DNA from: Camelus dromedarius
Taxonomy: Eukaryota
Length of the DNA stretch: 64,000 nucleotides
Direction of reading: 5' to 3'
Assembly (NCBI RefSeq): GCF_036321535.1
Contig: NC_087436.1
Span: 19,842,001-19,906,000, forward strand
Shown here: positions 46,501 to 59,305 of the stretch, one piece after another
Layout: every line of letters begins with the position of its first letter
Numbering within the stretch: the first letter of the stretch is position 1
Made by a program: the position numbers and the translations under genes
The notes under the pieces: model-generated
What the model saw: only the letters and a program-made list of their open reading frames with translations
What the model was told of the DNA's origin: nothing
The model's database searches: none

Positions 46501-49500
46501 TTGGTGCCGGGTCATGGCGTATTTAATTCCTTAGAGGGTCCACCACTGGAGAGCCTTTCCCCCTGCAAGAGAGAGGTGACATTGGGGGGGGAGGTTTCTT
46601 TCATGTGACCCTGCGCCCCAGCACATGCGACACTGCTCCTCTGAAAGGGGACACAGTAGAGAGAGGATGCTGTCCGTTCGCTCTAAAGATAAATGTCACA
46701 CATTGACTCAGTTCTCTTTGAAGCTACTGTTCTGTTGCAGCTCAGAATAAAATAAGCGGTTTTTATTTTAAAGACAAAGTTTCTTGTAGAAGGCCAACAA
46801 GAGCCCCCGATGCCAGGCTCCTGGTTAAAAGAAATAACAAAGAGAGCTTCCGACGGAGTGTCTCCAAAGCATCTTATTCTCCTGAATAAAATGTAAATAT
46901 GTTTTGAAGCAAGCTGGTCTTATACGGCCGAGAGCTAAGAGTATTTCCTGGGTCAATAGATAGGGTTTTCTGGCTGCTGTTTTCATTCCTATTATGGGAT
47001 GTTATTAATATTATTGCAAAAGCATAGAAAGTCCAGCAAGTGAGGTCACCTCTTCGGACACTCATTAGGTCCATCATATTAGAGCCATAACCTGGGAATG
47101 AGCACGTACAGGGCTTCCTCAGAACATTCACTTGATCTTAAATAATCAAGATTCAGAACTATCTGTTGGTGATCTCAGCTTTATTTCCCTGGTGATTTAA
47201 ACTTAGACTACCTCTAAACACCAGACTTCTCTCTTCGTTTTATTGAGTTGCTAAAATATGCATTTGTTATATCAGTGTCAGTAACAGCAGGCAGACCCAG
47301 TGACATCCATTGCCAACGTAGTTTTTTTGTTTCCCAAGAAATTCCATGAAAAGATACTGAATCCATGTATATTGTTAGGAAGAACCATGGCTCATCCTAC
47401 ACAGAGACGCACTAGTAGGTGGGCAGTCCCAGAGAGGGGACAGTGAGGGTGCACGGATGATGCACACTGAGGACCACGTGGCATCACACTCCTTCAGTGT
47501 GTGTGGAAAGGTCTGGTTGCAGAAACTACCCACTTGCAGATTGTCTCGGTTTTCTGCAAATTGCCACCTATGATATGACAAGGCAAAGTTTGATTTCACA
47601 GCCCTCAAAACAATTACATTTGTTTAAAAAAATGCCTACCTTGAGTTACAGCAATTTACTTAAAACCCTCCATGACTTTTTTTTTTTTTTAGCTCAGTGA
47701 AGTTTTGTTGTTGTTTGGTGGATTTATATACAGACAGTAGGGTAGAGGACCAACCGGAAGTGAGGAGATTGGCTGCAGTCCCCACCCTGCCTCTAATGAG
47801 CAGAGGGACTGTTAAGCACACAGCTCAGTTCAGTTTTCTCAATTGTACGCTGAGCTGGTGGGGAATTAGCTCCTAGATTCTTCCTTGCTTTATAATTCCT
47901 CCCTTTCACTTTCTTTAACTCTATTTGTCTATCAACTCAAAGGAAACCTTTTTCCCCCCTCTATTTTTAAATTAAAACGTTGCTTCTTAAAATTCACTAT
48001 CAAACCTGAAGACCATCTCTCTCCCTTGGGCAGATCCCGTCCATTGTAAATAGCTTGATACAGGTCGTAGTGCTTTATTAATGAGGTAGTCACACTGCAT
48101 GCACTTTTAATATAAGCTGCTCCAAAATTCGCTCTGGAAGTAAGTGAGGTATGAGTCTGTGAACGTCTCTATGAGTATGTGATCATCATGGTTTACATAC
48201 CCATTCTTTTAAGGTGTGTATCAGAATTGTGTGTGAAAGGCGTGTGCTTTCGGGTTAACGCTACTTCTGCTGGGACCTATGGCAGCTTCCTGTACCTTTT
48301 CCTTCCATTTCTAGCCCTTGTTTCATACTCTCTTGACCCAGTCTTTCCTCTTAATCTCATTACAGTCCAACACATAATTACTGGATTATACTTTGTCTCC
48401 ACATGGTTTTGGGTGCTGGAGACACATGGTGAGGACTTCCAGCCCTGCCTCAGCCAGTTCCCACCTCCACCCTCTTCTTCCTTCCCCCTTCCATCTTTCC
48501 CGTCTTTCTCTTTTCCCTGCCGAGCTGAAATTGGCCATCAGAGTTCTGCATAGGCTGAGCTGGACCTACCTGAATAGCACGGTGGATTCCTGCTGAAGTT
48601 TATTTCCTCTTGGCTCCAGTAACAACCTGCCGTGCTGGGCCAGGTCCCAAGCTGCATATTTATTATGTGGTGTCAATTGTTTACATTTACATCTGCTCCG
48701 ATGGTAAGTTTTCTGCTTTGGAGGGTATGACCAGAGTTTATTGTCACGACTATTACTACGACAGCTACTACCAACAGCTTCCATCTACAGCATGGCAGGC
48801 ATTGTACACGCATTTATTATCTCTTGTATTCCAGTAACATTATTGCCTATAAAGAGAACATGTTTTTCTCCAAAGGAGCCAATTAGCAGCTATCCATCCC
48901 ACTGGGTCTGGTAGCATTTGGTGGAATTTAGTTTTGTTTGCAGAGATACTAACTAGTGGTGTGTTTAGGGGAGGTGGTTCCTCGGACAGTTGTAAACCAA
49001 TAAAATTATGAACATTTCAATCCTGTTGCCTTAAGAATGTGCAGTTCCTTGAAAATACTTTGGCATACAAAATAGAATACATCCTTACTTCCTCCTTTCT
49101 CTAAAATAGTTAACAACATCCTATATGCATGGAGGGCATCCTAGTAAACTGTGAATTTTTTAAATAAATAAAAATGCAGACATTACCACGGAAAATTGTT
49201 GGCCAGCTTTTAAACTCTATCGTTGCATTCTGGTTACGTTTATCATTTGGCTTCTGTCTTCCTTTCCTGCAGTGATCAGTTAAAAATGTCAAATAGTTAC
49301 TGTAGTTCAGCTATTTGACCTCATCTCTTGCGGTTTAGTTTCTCTGCATTATGAGTATTGTCATTTTTTCCCCAGTCAATCCAAGGACACCCTAATTGGT
49401 ACATGATTCATGTATATTTTGATATTAATTAAAGCTAAGGAAGCGTAGATCCCAAATAAAACAGATTTATATGAAATTCGAATATGCAGGGTTTAATGTA

Positions 49501-50659
49501 GTGGAGTCTGGGACACATTTGCAATGTAGAAGAGGTGATTGGGGTGGGGGCTGGGGGCGGTGTCAGAAAAAATAGGAAGCATGTTGGTCACGTTAGGCAA
49601 AACAAGGTGTTAGGGGAAGCCAGCAATGTTCCTTTCATCAGTAAATGCCCTTTTACTGCCTTTCTGTGATGTGCTGTGAAATCTCAGGTCAGTGGAGGAC
49701 ATCTAAGTTTTCCTCTCCTCTCCCAGACCATTGTGTAAAATTAGGCAGTTTAGGGTTTAGACGGTGGGAAATACTTCCTGAAGATGGAGATTAGTGGCAG
49801 CCTGTTTGTGCATCTCTTTCTTACTACTTTCATGTTCTTACAGCCCCCAAAAGACGTCATTATGATTTTCTTCCCTCTGGCTTATGACAAGAATCTCACT
49901 GAGGGGCTGGATTCAGTCTTTTCTCTCAAATCTGTTGTTCAACCTGTTGTCCTTGCGATCAAGTTATCAGAGTGGAGGGAATGACAATGAAGGATAGGAA
50001 ATGAGAGGCCAAGTTAGGGACCGGACTCCAGGTCAGCAGAGGCAGCAGGAAGGCTCTGGTGGGTCAAGGCTCTGGTGCCTTTCCTAGAGCAGAAGGGAAA
50101 GGAAACCCTCCACCCCCAGCCCACCCCCAATCAGAGAAGGAAATGCTTGTAATGGAACACATCTCAGGAGAATTTCCAGACTTGAAGGGTGTATTTTTAA
50201 GATAGAGGATTCTTTTTCAAGTTGCTGCGTTGAGCTAACCAGCAGTGCTTACACCGATAAGCAGTGTGCTAAACGTAAAACGGGCGTCCTTGGAAGGCCC
50301 TGACTCTCTTCCCGAACCCTTCTGGGGTCCCTCCGTTTTAAGTGGTTCTTTGCACGTGGAGACTCCATTGACTCAATGAAAAAATAATAAGATTGTGTTA
50401 AAGTTTACACTTCAGAATATTTCCATTTAAAATGATAAAAGTAATGTATATATTGAAAAATTCAAATAGTAAAAATGTAAAATGAAAACAAAAGTTTCCT
50501 ACCATGACCCCTTCTGTTTAACCCACAGTTCTTTAAAATTAACTGCTTAATGGTTTCTTGGGTACGCTCCTAGACGATTTTCATACAGATGAAAAGATCT
50601 GTTTTGGTTTCATTTATTCATCTCATTCTTCCTATTCCTTTCTTTTCTTTTTTTTTTTT

Positions 50660-51320
50660 TTTTGCTTAAGTATTTAAAAGCAAATCCCAGACCTCATATT
50701 CATTTGCTTGTAAATATTTATATATATATATATATACATATATATATACACACACACACACAAACACACGGACTTTAATTTAAACAAATGGCCGCATTAA
50801 CCATTATCGCGTTTAACAGGACCAGCAATTGTGACGTGGTATTATGGGACACCCAGGCTAAAATCAGTATTTTTCTCAATTATCCCAAAAGTGGCTTTTT
50901 ATAATTGCCTTGTTCAAATCAGGATCAAAATACGCTTCACACCTTGCACTTGCTTTATGTGTCTCTAAGTGTCTTTTCATCTGTCGCCTCTTCCCTTTCT
51001 AAAATGCCATTTACTTGTTGAAGAAACTGGGTCATCTGTCCTATAGAATGTCCCACATTCTGAATGAGGCTGATTCCATCCCTTTTGTTGTGTTTAATAT
51101 TTTTTTTAAAAAAATCACCTGTATTTCCAGTAAACTGCTAGTTGTAAACAAGCCTGATTACATGTTTTGTAAGACTATTTCCTAGATGGATTATCAGAGG
51201 ATACACACTGTCTGTCCCATTTTTAGTGATGTTGAAGTTGAGTAGCAGTTTTAGGTGTTGTCAGCTTGCTTCATCCTTTATAAAGTCACCTGTCAACCTT
51301 ACACCCAGTGGTGTGAGCAG
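50660..51320 (-). mobile_element. Old L1MC5-like 3'UTR with a (TA)n(CA)n microsatellite (about 50719-50769)
   Basis: AAAGCAAATCCCAGAC, TTGTTCAAATCAGGATC, TTGTTGAAGAAACTGGGTCATCTGTCCTATAGAATGTCCCACATTCTG. Confidence 0.7.
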
Positions 51321-52377
51321 CAAGTGATTCCTATTTTTGAGAAAACAAAAATAGAACCCCCTAGACAGCTAGTTTCCATTCTTGCTCTACCCGCTAGCTC
51401 TAACACCCTGGACATATTTCTGTATCAGCATCTGTAGATCTAGTTCATTTTTTAAAATGGCTTCTTTCATTTTATGGACATATTACGACTTAAGCAGTTT
51501 GGAAATGTTTCTGATCCCCCATGATTAAGATTGGAGAGTCTGAGTCCTTAACTCTACTCGTCTTTATTTCTTGTATCCCCAGATTGCAGGGGCTAGTGTG
51601 GTCCTGAGTGATATAAATTGATGGGTCAGACGGGTAGCAACAGAGTGTCACAACAGACACCCTTCCCTTGGTGATAGGATGGAGGAGAGAGTGATCTTAG
51701 CTTTCCTTGGAGGATTAGTTGGTTTGCTTGCCACCCTTAAAAAAAAGGAAGCACTTGCGGCTGCCTGTTTGTAGCTCTTCCCAGAGTGGGCGGCGGGGCC
51801 AAGCCGTAGTGCCAGGGAAGGCAGCACATCTTGGTGGCCACTAGAAGGACAGAATTAAAGAGGGTGAAAACCCCTGACCTGGACACCCCCTGATGGCCAA
51901 ATTGGCAGCGGCACCTGCTCCAGCCGTAACTAAACGAGTCAGCAGGGGGACCCTGAAATGTGTCTCCATCAGAGTTCAGCGTGTGAGGTTTACGATGGCT
52001 CTTTGGTTTTCAGTGTGGTGTTATGCTCCGTCCCACTTCATTTGTCTTTATTTCTTGCTGTTTTCCAAGTTCGGGAACTCAGATATGAGCTAGAGTCTGG
52101 CAGTTTCCTTCAGGAAATACAGCCCCTGAAGTCAGGCTTCTCTGGGCTGAGGCAGGACAGATACCTTCTGAAGTGTGGGATGGTCCCTGGAAGCAGGACT
52201 TTCGCAAGAGGGGGATGCTCAGATCTTGAAAAACGGAACCTGGATGGAAGTAATGAGATGAATGTGGGTTTCTACCTAAAGAAAAGTGGTAATAAAGCTT
52301 CCTCATGGATAAAGCCTTGGAATGGCTGATCAAACAAACAAACAAACAAAAAACCCAAGTCATCATTACTGTCCTTT

Positions 52378-52828
52378 TTTTTTTAATTGAAGTATAGTTG
52401 ATTTATAATGTTGTGTTAATTTCTGGTGTACAACAGATTGATTCAGTTATATATATATTCCTTTTCATCTTCTTTTTCATTATAAGCCATTACAAGATAT
52501 TGAATATAGTTCCCTGTGCTATACAGTAGGACCTTGTTGTTTATCTATTTTATATACAGTAGTGTGTATCTGCAAATCTCAAACTCCCAGTTTATCCCTC
52601 CCCACCCCCTTTCCCCCTGGTAATCAAAAGTTTGTAAATAAGTTCACTTGTGTCCTTTGTGTCTTTTTTTTTTTTTTGGTTCCACACGTAAGTGATATCA
52701 TATGGTATTTTTCTTTCTCTGTCTGACTTACTTCACTTACTATGATGATCTCTAGGTCCATCCATGTTGCTGCAAATGGCATTGTTTTATTATTTTTTAT
52801 GGCCGAGTAGTATTCCATTGTGTGCATA

Positions 52829-52864
<36 letters not shown>

Positions 52865-52892
52865 CACACACACATACCACATCCTCTTTATC
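52378..52892 (-). mobile_element. Young L1 3' end just upstream of exon 3
   Basis: poly(T)-AATTGAAGTATAG. The ORF track shows the ORF2 C-terminus (MEYYSAIKNNKTMPFAATWMDLE). TSD CATTA(C/G)TGT(C/T)CTTT at 52364 and 52893. Confidence 0.9.
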
Positions 52893-52990
52893 CATTAGTG
52901 TTCTTTATAGAGTGATGCATGTGTATTAGTGCTGGATGCAATGTACCTTTTTGTTTTCCTTAATTTTCCTGTCTCTTTCCTTCTTCGAAG

Positions 52991-53163
52991 CCTCAGAAGA
53001 GGAAAGCGGAAAGCCTTTCCAGTGTCCCATATGTGGTTTGGTTATAAAAAGGAAGAGTTACTGGAAGCGGCACATGGTGATACACACAGGTTTAAAAAGT
53101 CATCAGTGTCCGCTCTGTCCATTCCGATGTGCTCGCAAGGACAATCTCAAATCCCACATGAAG
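52991..53163 (+). CDS. ZNF827: ZNF827 coding exon 3 (173 nt; C2H2 finger 1 and most of finger 2)
   Basis: Long pyrimidine tract then GAAG|CC, donor AAG|GTAAGC. Encodes (A)SEEESGKPFQCPICGLVIKRKSYWKRHMVIHTGLKSHQCPLCPFRCARKDNLKSHMK; frame fits exons 2 and 4. Confidence 0.97.
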
Positions 53164-53989
53164 GTAAGCCACCTGCGGACGGGGCTCCCACAGACGCGGG
53201 CACAGCCAGGGCCCTTGCGCATGGTCCCCCGTGCCAGAGCCTTCAAGGCAGGAGTGGGGCCATGGGTGGAGCCTGTGGATGGCAGTGCTCAGTGTTGAAA
53301 GGCAGAATGCAGTGCGGATGAGGCACATGGAAAGGGATCTCCTTGTAGGTGTCTTCATGTGCATTTCACAGTGCAGAACTTAAAGGCAGCGAGAAGCTTC
53401 AAACTACAATAGATATAACGTAGAACATCCTTTTCTGTTGGGAAGCAGCAGCCTCCCCAGGCCTTGCATGGGGATGGATTTTGGGGCACTCGGACAAAAA
53501 GATGGGGGAGGGCAGGAAGCAGGGGAGGACAGGTACCCAAAGGGCTGCTGGACCTGCTCCCCTTCCTGGAGGGAATGCCCTCTTCTGCTGTTGCTTCGCC
53601 CTTCAGTTTACAAACCAGGGACATCTTGTAGGCAGGCTGAGGACACTGAAAGACACCTGGGCTTTAATATACACCCCGTGGGAGGCTTGGGGGCCATTCC
53701 TGGCAAGACTGAGTCCTCCCGAGGCTGTCAGTGTTTGGGCTGTCATAATTCCCAGGATCACACTTAGCAAACATCTAAAGGCATTGTCCCCAATGTGCTC
53801 TTAAGAGCAATTGGAGGGCTTGTGCCTGTAATGAGCATATAGGGAATTGACCAGACTATGTGTCACTCTTACATGAGCTGGGGAAAACCTAGTCATCTAG
53901 CAGTCTTTTTAGTAGACCCTGTTAGTACTGAGGGTTTCGTCTGAAATTCAAGGAGAAAACTCATGAGATCAAAAGAGCGTGAGCTTCTG

Positions 53990-54300
53990 GAATATACTAA
54001 AAACCATTGAATTGTATACATTAAATTAGGTGAATTTCATGATATGGGAATTATGTATCAGTAAAGTGATTTTTAAAAAATTTTTTAAAGGACACAGGCT
54101 GTTGAATTTGATAGGTCTGCATTTATTGTGCAACTTACTAGCTAAGTGGGCGTGAGCAAATGAGTCTTTAAACTCAGTTTTCTCACCTGCTTAATGGGAA
54201 CAACTATGTTCATCTGGAAGAGTTATTAATATTTAAGGAGGTGATATTAGCAAAGGATCTGACACAGAATTGTTCAATGGTGGTTATTTAATTTCATTAA
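53990..54300 (+). mobile_element. Short L1M 3' end followed by a MIR fragment
   Basis: AATATACTAAAAACCATTGAATTGTATAC...(A)n, then ACTTACTAGCT...CTCAGTTTTCTCACCTG. Confidence 0.65.
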
Positions 54301-55559
54301 CTATCACTGAATACCTTAATAATAACAATCATTTTCACTGATATTTGCAACATTGTCTGGCTGTTGACATTATAAAATGTTAATTTTCCTGCCATAAGAA
54401 GTATAGTGTATTTACATAATTGTGCTATTTACTCTTTTTAAAAAAATCTTGTAGTCTCATCCTTCTGAATAGATCAGTAATCACTGTTTAGAATTGTAGT
54501 TCTAAAAAAGTGCGATCAAACAGAACCTCCACTGACTTTAGGAAAGAGCTTGGAAAATTAAAAAAAAAAAATTAAAACCACTGTAAATTTATTTTCTACC
54601 ATTTGCCTTTTTCTCCTGGGAGTAGCACAGCCTTCATCTTCAGAATCCATTTAACCAGGGGTTCTGGTCCGTTGAATTTTACTGAGCCGACGTAGTTTTT
54701 TACTTACACTCCCCTCATCCTCTGTCACCTCTTCCCAAAGTAAAATCTTGTATATTTCACACCTGCAAAGTGGATTTCAGCAGCAGGATGAGACTTCCAA
54801 AGAGACACCTTTAAAACTAAAATTTGTTTTCGTTACTACGTCCTTACACTGTGTTTGGAAATCAAGTCTGGCAAATTTAAAGCTTCAGTGAGCAAAACAC
54901 TTGCATCTGGCCTGACACCTTGTAAGCCTGGTTTCTACTCAGGGTCACTTAAAACAACCTATTTATAAACTCATGGGGAAAAAAAAAGCTGGGTTTTTCA
55001 ATAGCAGGAACTACTGACCCTGAAACTCCAGGGAGATGAGTTGGTGCCTTGATGGTACAGACGGTCGGCCATGACAGTGATACTGATGCGAGCGGCCAGG
55101 GCTCTGCGGGTCGTGAGGTCTTAGAAAGCTTTCAGAACAAATCAATAACCAGTACAATAAAACAGCTGTGTGAAATTACTACTTTATTCAGCCTCATAGT
55201 GTCCTAACCTGTTGAGCTTTTGAGAAGTCAAGTGTGAGAAGAGCTCATGCAAGTTTAATTTCATCAGATGGTGTGTGTTTTTTTTTATTTGATGTGCCTG
55301 TTTTTTTGCTTTAATCAAAAAATTCATAATTTATTTTGATTAAACACACTTAAATGTTGCTAAATTTTGAAAACATAGTCTACATCGAGATATGATGGCT
55401 GTGGCCTTGTAAATAGGTATTCTCTGCTGTGTGCACACCAGAGACGACAAATATGGATAGATTTTTAAAAAGGAATCCTGCCTCTGAAGTAGGGGCAGGA
55501 TAGCCTGTAGATGAAGATCTCAAACTGTGTGATCAGGGGAAAAAAAAACAAAACAAAAA

Positions 55560-55770
55560 ACCTTAGTTAGAATCTCGGTTCCACTAGTTTTAGTAGCTGT
55601 GGAACTTTGGGCAAATCGTTGAACCTCTCTAAGCCTCTGTTTCCACTCATGGAGATAATAATCATATGATCTATCTCACAGAGTTGTTATAAAGGTTAAA
55701 TGAGATAATGGACAGACAGCCCTTACTATGATGCCCAGCGTGAAAAAAAATAAATGCAGCTACTGTGGTA
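55560..55770 (+). mobile_element. MIR SINE
   Basis: TAGCTGTGGAACTTTGGGCAAATCGTTGAACCTCTCTAAGCCTCTGTTTCC...GTTAAATGAGATAATG. Confidence 0.8.
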
Positions 55771-57707
55771 ATTAGTATCCCAAAGTCATCTGAATATATA
55801 CTGACATTTACATCGAGAAATAAATTAATGACATGGCAGAAAAGAAGGACTCTAAATTTTATTGCTTTTTTCTTTTTGCGACATATCTTTTGTGTTGAAA
55901 ATGAAGGAAAACTGATAAACAATAAGAATATGAAATTGACCCTTCATCCCATCACGCAGAAATAACCAGTATTATCATTCTAATCTCTGTCCTTCTACCT
56001 TGATTATATAGATTTACTTAAGAAAAATGGGGTTCTCCTTTATTTGTTCAACAAATATAGGGCTCGCTGGGGTGTAGGCTCTGTACATTTTCTGAAAGCC
56101 TGCCTTTCCTCCTTAATATATCATGTGAATGTTTTTATGGCTTGCTGCGGAAGGAGCCTGTAAATGCCTCCCGCTTCCTCAGGGTTATCTTAGATTTCCA
56201 TTAAGTCTTTTACAACTTTCCTGGATGAGGGATCATACAGGAATTAAGTGGGAAATTCGCTAGCTGAAATTGAACAGTGAAGGTGAGGAGGACTAAGATC
56301 CAGAACCTCGGTGAAGGAATGGCAGGAAGTGGGGCAAGGGTCAGGGTGCTGATTTCTTCTAGTCTTAGTCCTGCCAGCTAAGGGGCTGACTCCTCAGGAA
56401 GCCCCCTCCCAGCCTGCCCCGTCCCCTACGGAGGGGACGAGATGTTTCCTAAAGTGTCCTCATTTGCGTCTGACTATTACCAGTAGATGGACCCAATGAT
56501 GTCACAGTGCCTTCTACATCCCACCTCTTAGGGTGGTGACATGTGCTCGTGGTGCAGAATGACCAGCAGGAAGCACGTCTCTGCGTGACCTGGAAAGAAC
56601 AACACACTTTAGTCAAGCGTTTTCTTCACGTTAGCAGACCGAGAGGGGCTTTTAAGCCGATGCAGGCTAAAGAGAATCAGAATGATCCCAGAAAGTGTTT
56701 TTCTGTCCGGAGAGCAGGGGAGAGACTTCCCTCCAAAGCCAAAAGCAAGCTCCAGCCCCCCGGGGATGGTCTAGCTCAACCAAAATTCTCAGTGCGAAAG
56801 TCAACACCGAATCCAGTGTTTTTCTTTTAAACGGTCACTTGTTCTTTGCACAACTAAATATAGCCAGGCCAGAATGGGGTGGAAAAGAAGCCCTGGGCCG
56901 TCCTGGGGCACAGACGCTTTTGGAATCCAGGACTCCCTTTTCGATTTTAGAACCTGGGCTCGCTCTCTGCCCTTTTCCTTTTTTCCAGAAGCTGCTTTCC
57001 AGAGCTTCTGTTCCTGGATTAGCTCCTCTCCCCTCCTGGGGCAGTGGACATCAGGACACTCCTGAAGTGGAACCTGCCCCACCGCCCTGCTCGCTCCCAG
57101 GGACCTCGGAAGCTTTCTGCCCGCTGACCTTTATTTACCCCCTGGTTCCGGGGCGAGCTTCTGGCAGCACCTGTCAGGGTCCCCTGGGGCTGTGACCCGA
57201 GGCCCCCAAGGTGCCCGCTTCTGTGTGAATTGGGTGGAAGAAAAGGTTGGGGAATCGTCACGATTTTGTGAGAAAGCAAATGACTCAGTCTGTTCCAGAG
57301 TGAAAGCCCTTTGCTGGGGAAGAACAGAGACTGGTCACCTTAACAGCCAGTGACAAAGAGTGTGTCCCCATCCCCCACTCCCAGACCCTCCCGACCTGGC
57401 AAGGGAAGCCTTTTAATGAGCAGGGCTTTGCCAGACACTGAGTTGAAGTTTATACCCCGTTATCTCTGTTGAGAAATTCACACTTTGGGGGACCCAGAAT
57501 TTCTCCTCTTGTTTTTTTCAAAAAGCCACAGTGGGGTGCTGTAGCGACAGGATCTCACCATTAACTTTTAATTTCTTTGCTTTTGTTGGTCACTTAACAT
57601 TATTTAAAAGTATGTTTTGGCTGGTGAATAATGCTTTTGGATTGCACTCAGAATGCATAAACAGCTGTAGTAAAACTTGCTCTCTTGGAAAGGAAGCCTG
57701 CACAAGA

Positions 57708-58087
57708 GGGGCCAGGTGGTGGCGGTGGATGAGGGACCTTTGACCTTTAACCTTTGTTAGACCCGGGTTCAAATCCCGCCTAGGTCACCAGTGAAAGATG
57801 AGGGGTCAGTTTGATTTGGGTTTTGAATCCCATCCACTTGTGGGTCCAAATCACACAACTCCCCAAATCTTTTGGCTCAAATCTGCACAATTGGCAGTTT
57901 CTACTCAAGGGAGGGCCAGTCCTGAAATAGCAGGGTGTAGCTGGTCAGCACTGAAGCGCATTGGCAGAGATGAATGGGGAAGTTACAAGCGTCCGAGCAC
58001 CGGCCAGCTCGAAGCCTTGCTCGGGCCAATGCAATGATTTCCTCACTGTTTCAGGCACTAAATTTGGCAGTGACAGGAAGAAAAAAG
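57708..58087 (+). mobile_element. Ancient tRNA-derived SINE, LF-SINE/AmnSINE2-like
   Basis: B-box GGTTCAAATCC at 57766-57776 followed by collinear blocks GTCCAAATCACACAAC, AATTGGCAGT, TGAAGCGCATTGGC, TGGGGAAG and GCACTAAATT, matching the recalled LF-SINE-family consensus. Confidence 0.7.
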
Positions 58088-58824
58088 GTTTCTTGCCATT
58101 CTTGCAGGTATTGTGCATGTCAGACTGGAACTGGGTTTAAAAGTCTGCGTTCTTTCATTGCAGATGTCAGAATCTGGAGCCTGAAAGGACCACGTTTGGA
58201 AACACCTGTTTCATCTTGCTGGGTGGGGGTCAGCCCCTGGTTTTTCTCCCCCTCTATTTTCTTTAGGTGTGATTTTGCTCCAGCCACTCCTTCCAGGGTC
58301 TCGATTTCTCTGTCTATGAAACGGGAATACCCTGGAAGCGTTATTTTCCACATTCTTAATTATTTAAAGAAGCGTTTTTTGAAAATTGAAATTATGTTTG
58401 CAAAACACAGCGAATTCTCTGGGCGGTAATAATTGGGTCCATGCAGTGTGTTATATTGTGAGAGGAGTTACTTGACAGTTTACCTCTTTTGACCCCCCCC
58501 ACCTCCACTAGTAATTATGCAAGTTCAAATTGTGCTGGGTTTATATTTCCTCTGAAGACATCAACCAGGGTTGGGATGAGTAAACTGTTAGGAGGTTACC
58601 CTGAACGGCCTCTGTTGGCAGATAGCATCCTCAGTTGTGACCTACGTGGACCCGCTTTCTGTTGAGAGATGCCCCTCCTTACTTGCAGCACGTAATGAAA
58701 TGCTCCCCTGGTGATTTGATTTCCTGGGCCAGCCCTTTGTACCGTGCATAGATGGTTGATGAGCAGTCTGGCTGTTTTCCGTGAGCACGTGGTGGCTAGC
58801 TCATTCTTCTTGCTTCCTCGCCAG

Positions 58825-59305
58825 GTTCATCAGCACCAGGACCGGGGAGAGACCTTTCAGTGCCAGCTATGCCCTTTCACCTCGTCCCGCCACTTCAGCC
58901 TGAAACTCCACATGCGTTGCCATCAGCACTTCCTGAGGACAGAAGCCAAGGTGAAGGAGGAGATCCCAGACCCTGATGTCAAGGGATCTCCCCACCTCAG
59001 TGACAGTGCCTGCCTGGGGCAGCAAAGGGAAGGAGGAGGGACAGAGCTAGTGGGGACCATGATGACGTCCAGCACTCCAGAGAGGACTAGCCAGGGTGGG
59101 GCTGGCGTCTCGCCTTTGCTGGTGAAGGAGGAGCCCAAGGAAGATAACGGCCTGCCAACCTCCTTTACTCTGAATGCTACCGACAGGCCGGCCAACCACA
59201 CAAAGCTGAGAGACCCCTCCGAGTACGTGGCCAACAGTGCGTCCGCATTGTTCAGCCAGGACATCTCTGTTAAGATGGCGTCTGATTTTCTCATGAAGCT
59301 GTCAG
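58825..59305 (+). CDS. ZNF827: ZNF827 coding exon 4 (481 nt; end of finger 2, finger 3, VKEE motifs)
   Basis: Acceptor CTTCCTCGCCAG|GTT, donor CAG|GTACTT. Encodes VHQHQDRGETFQCQLCPFTSSRHFSLKLHMRCH...QDISVKMASDFLMKLS. The CDS continues beyond the window. Confidence 0.97.

Noticed and set aside
51834..51852. CTCF-like GGCCACTAGAAGGACAG (similar at about 39030 and 56480)
   Set aside because: Mismatches in the core GG(C/G) positions; cannot be supported without a PWM scan or ChIP data.
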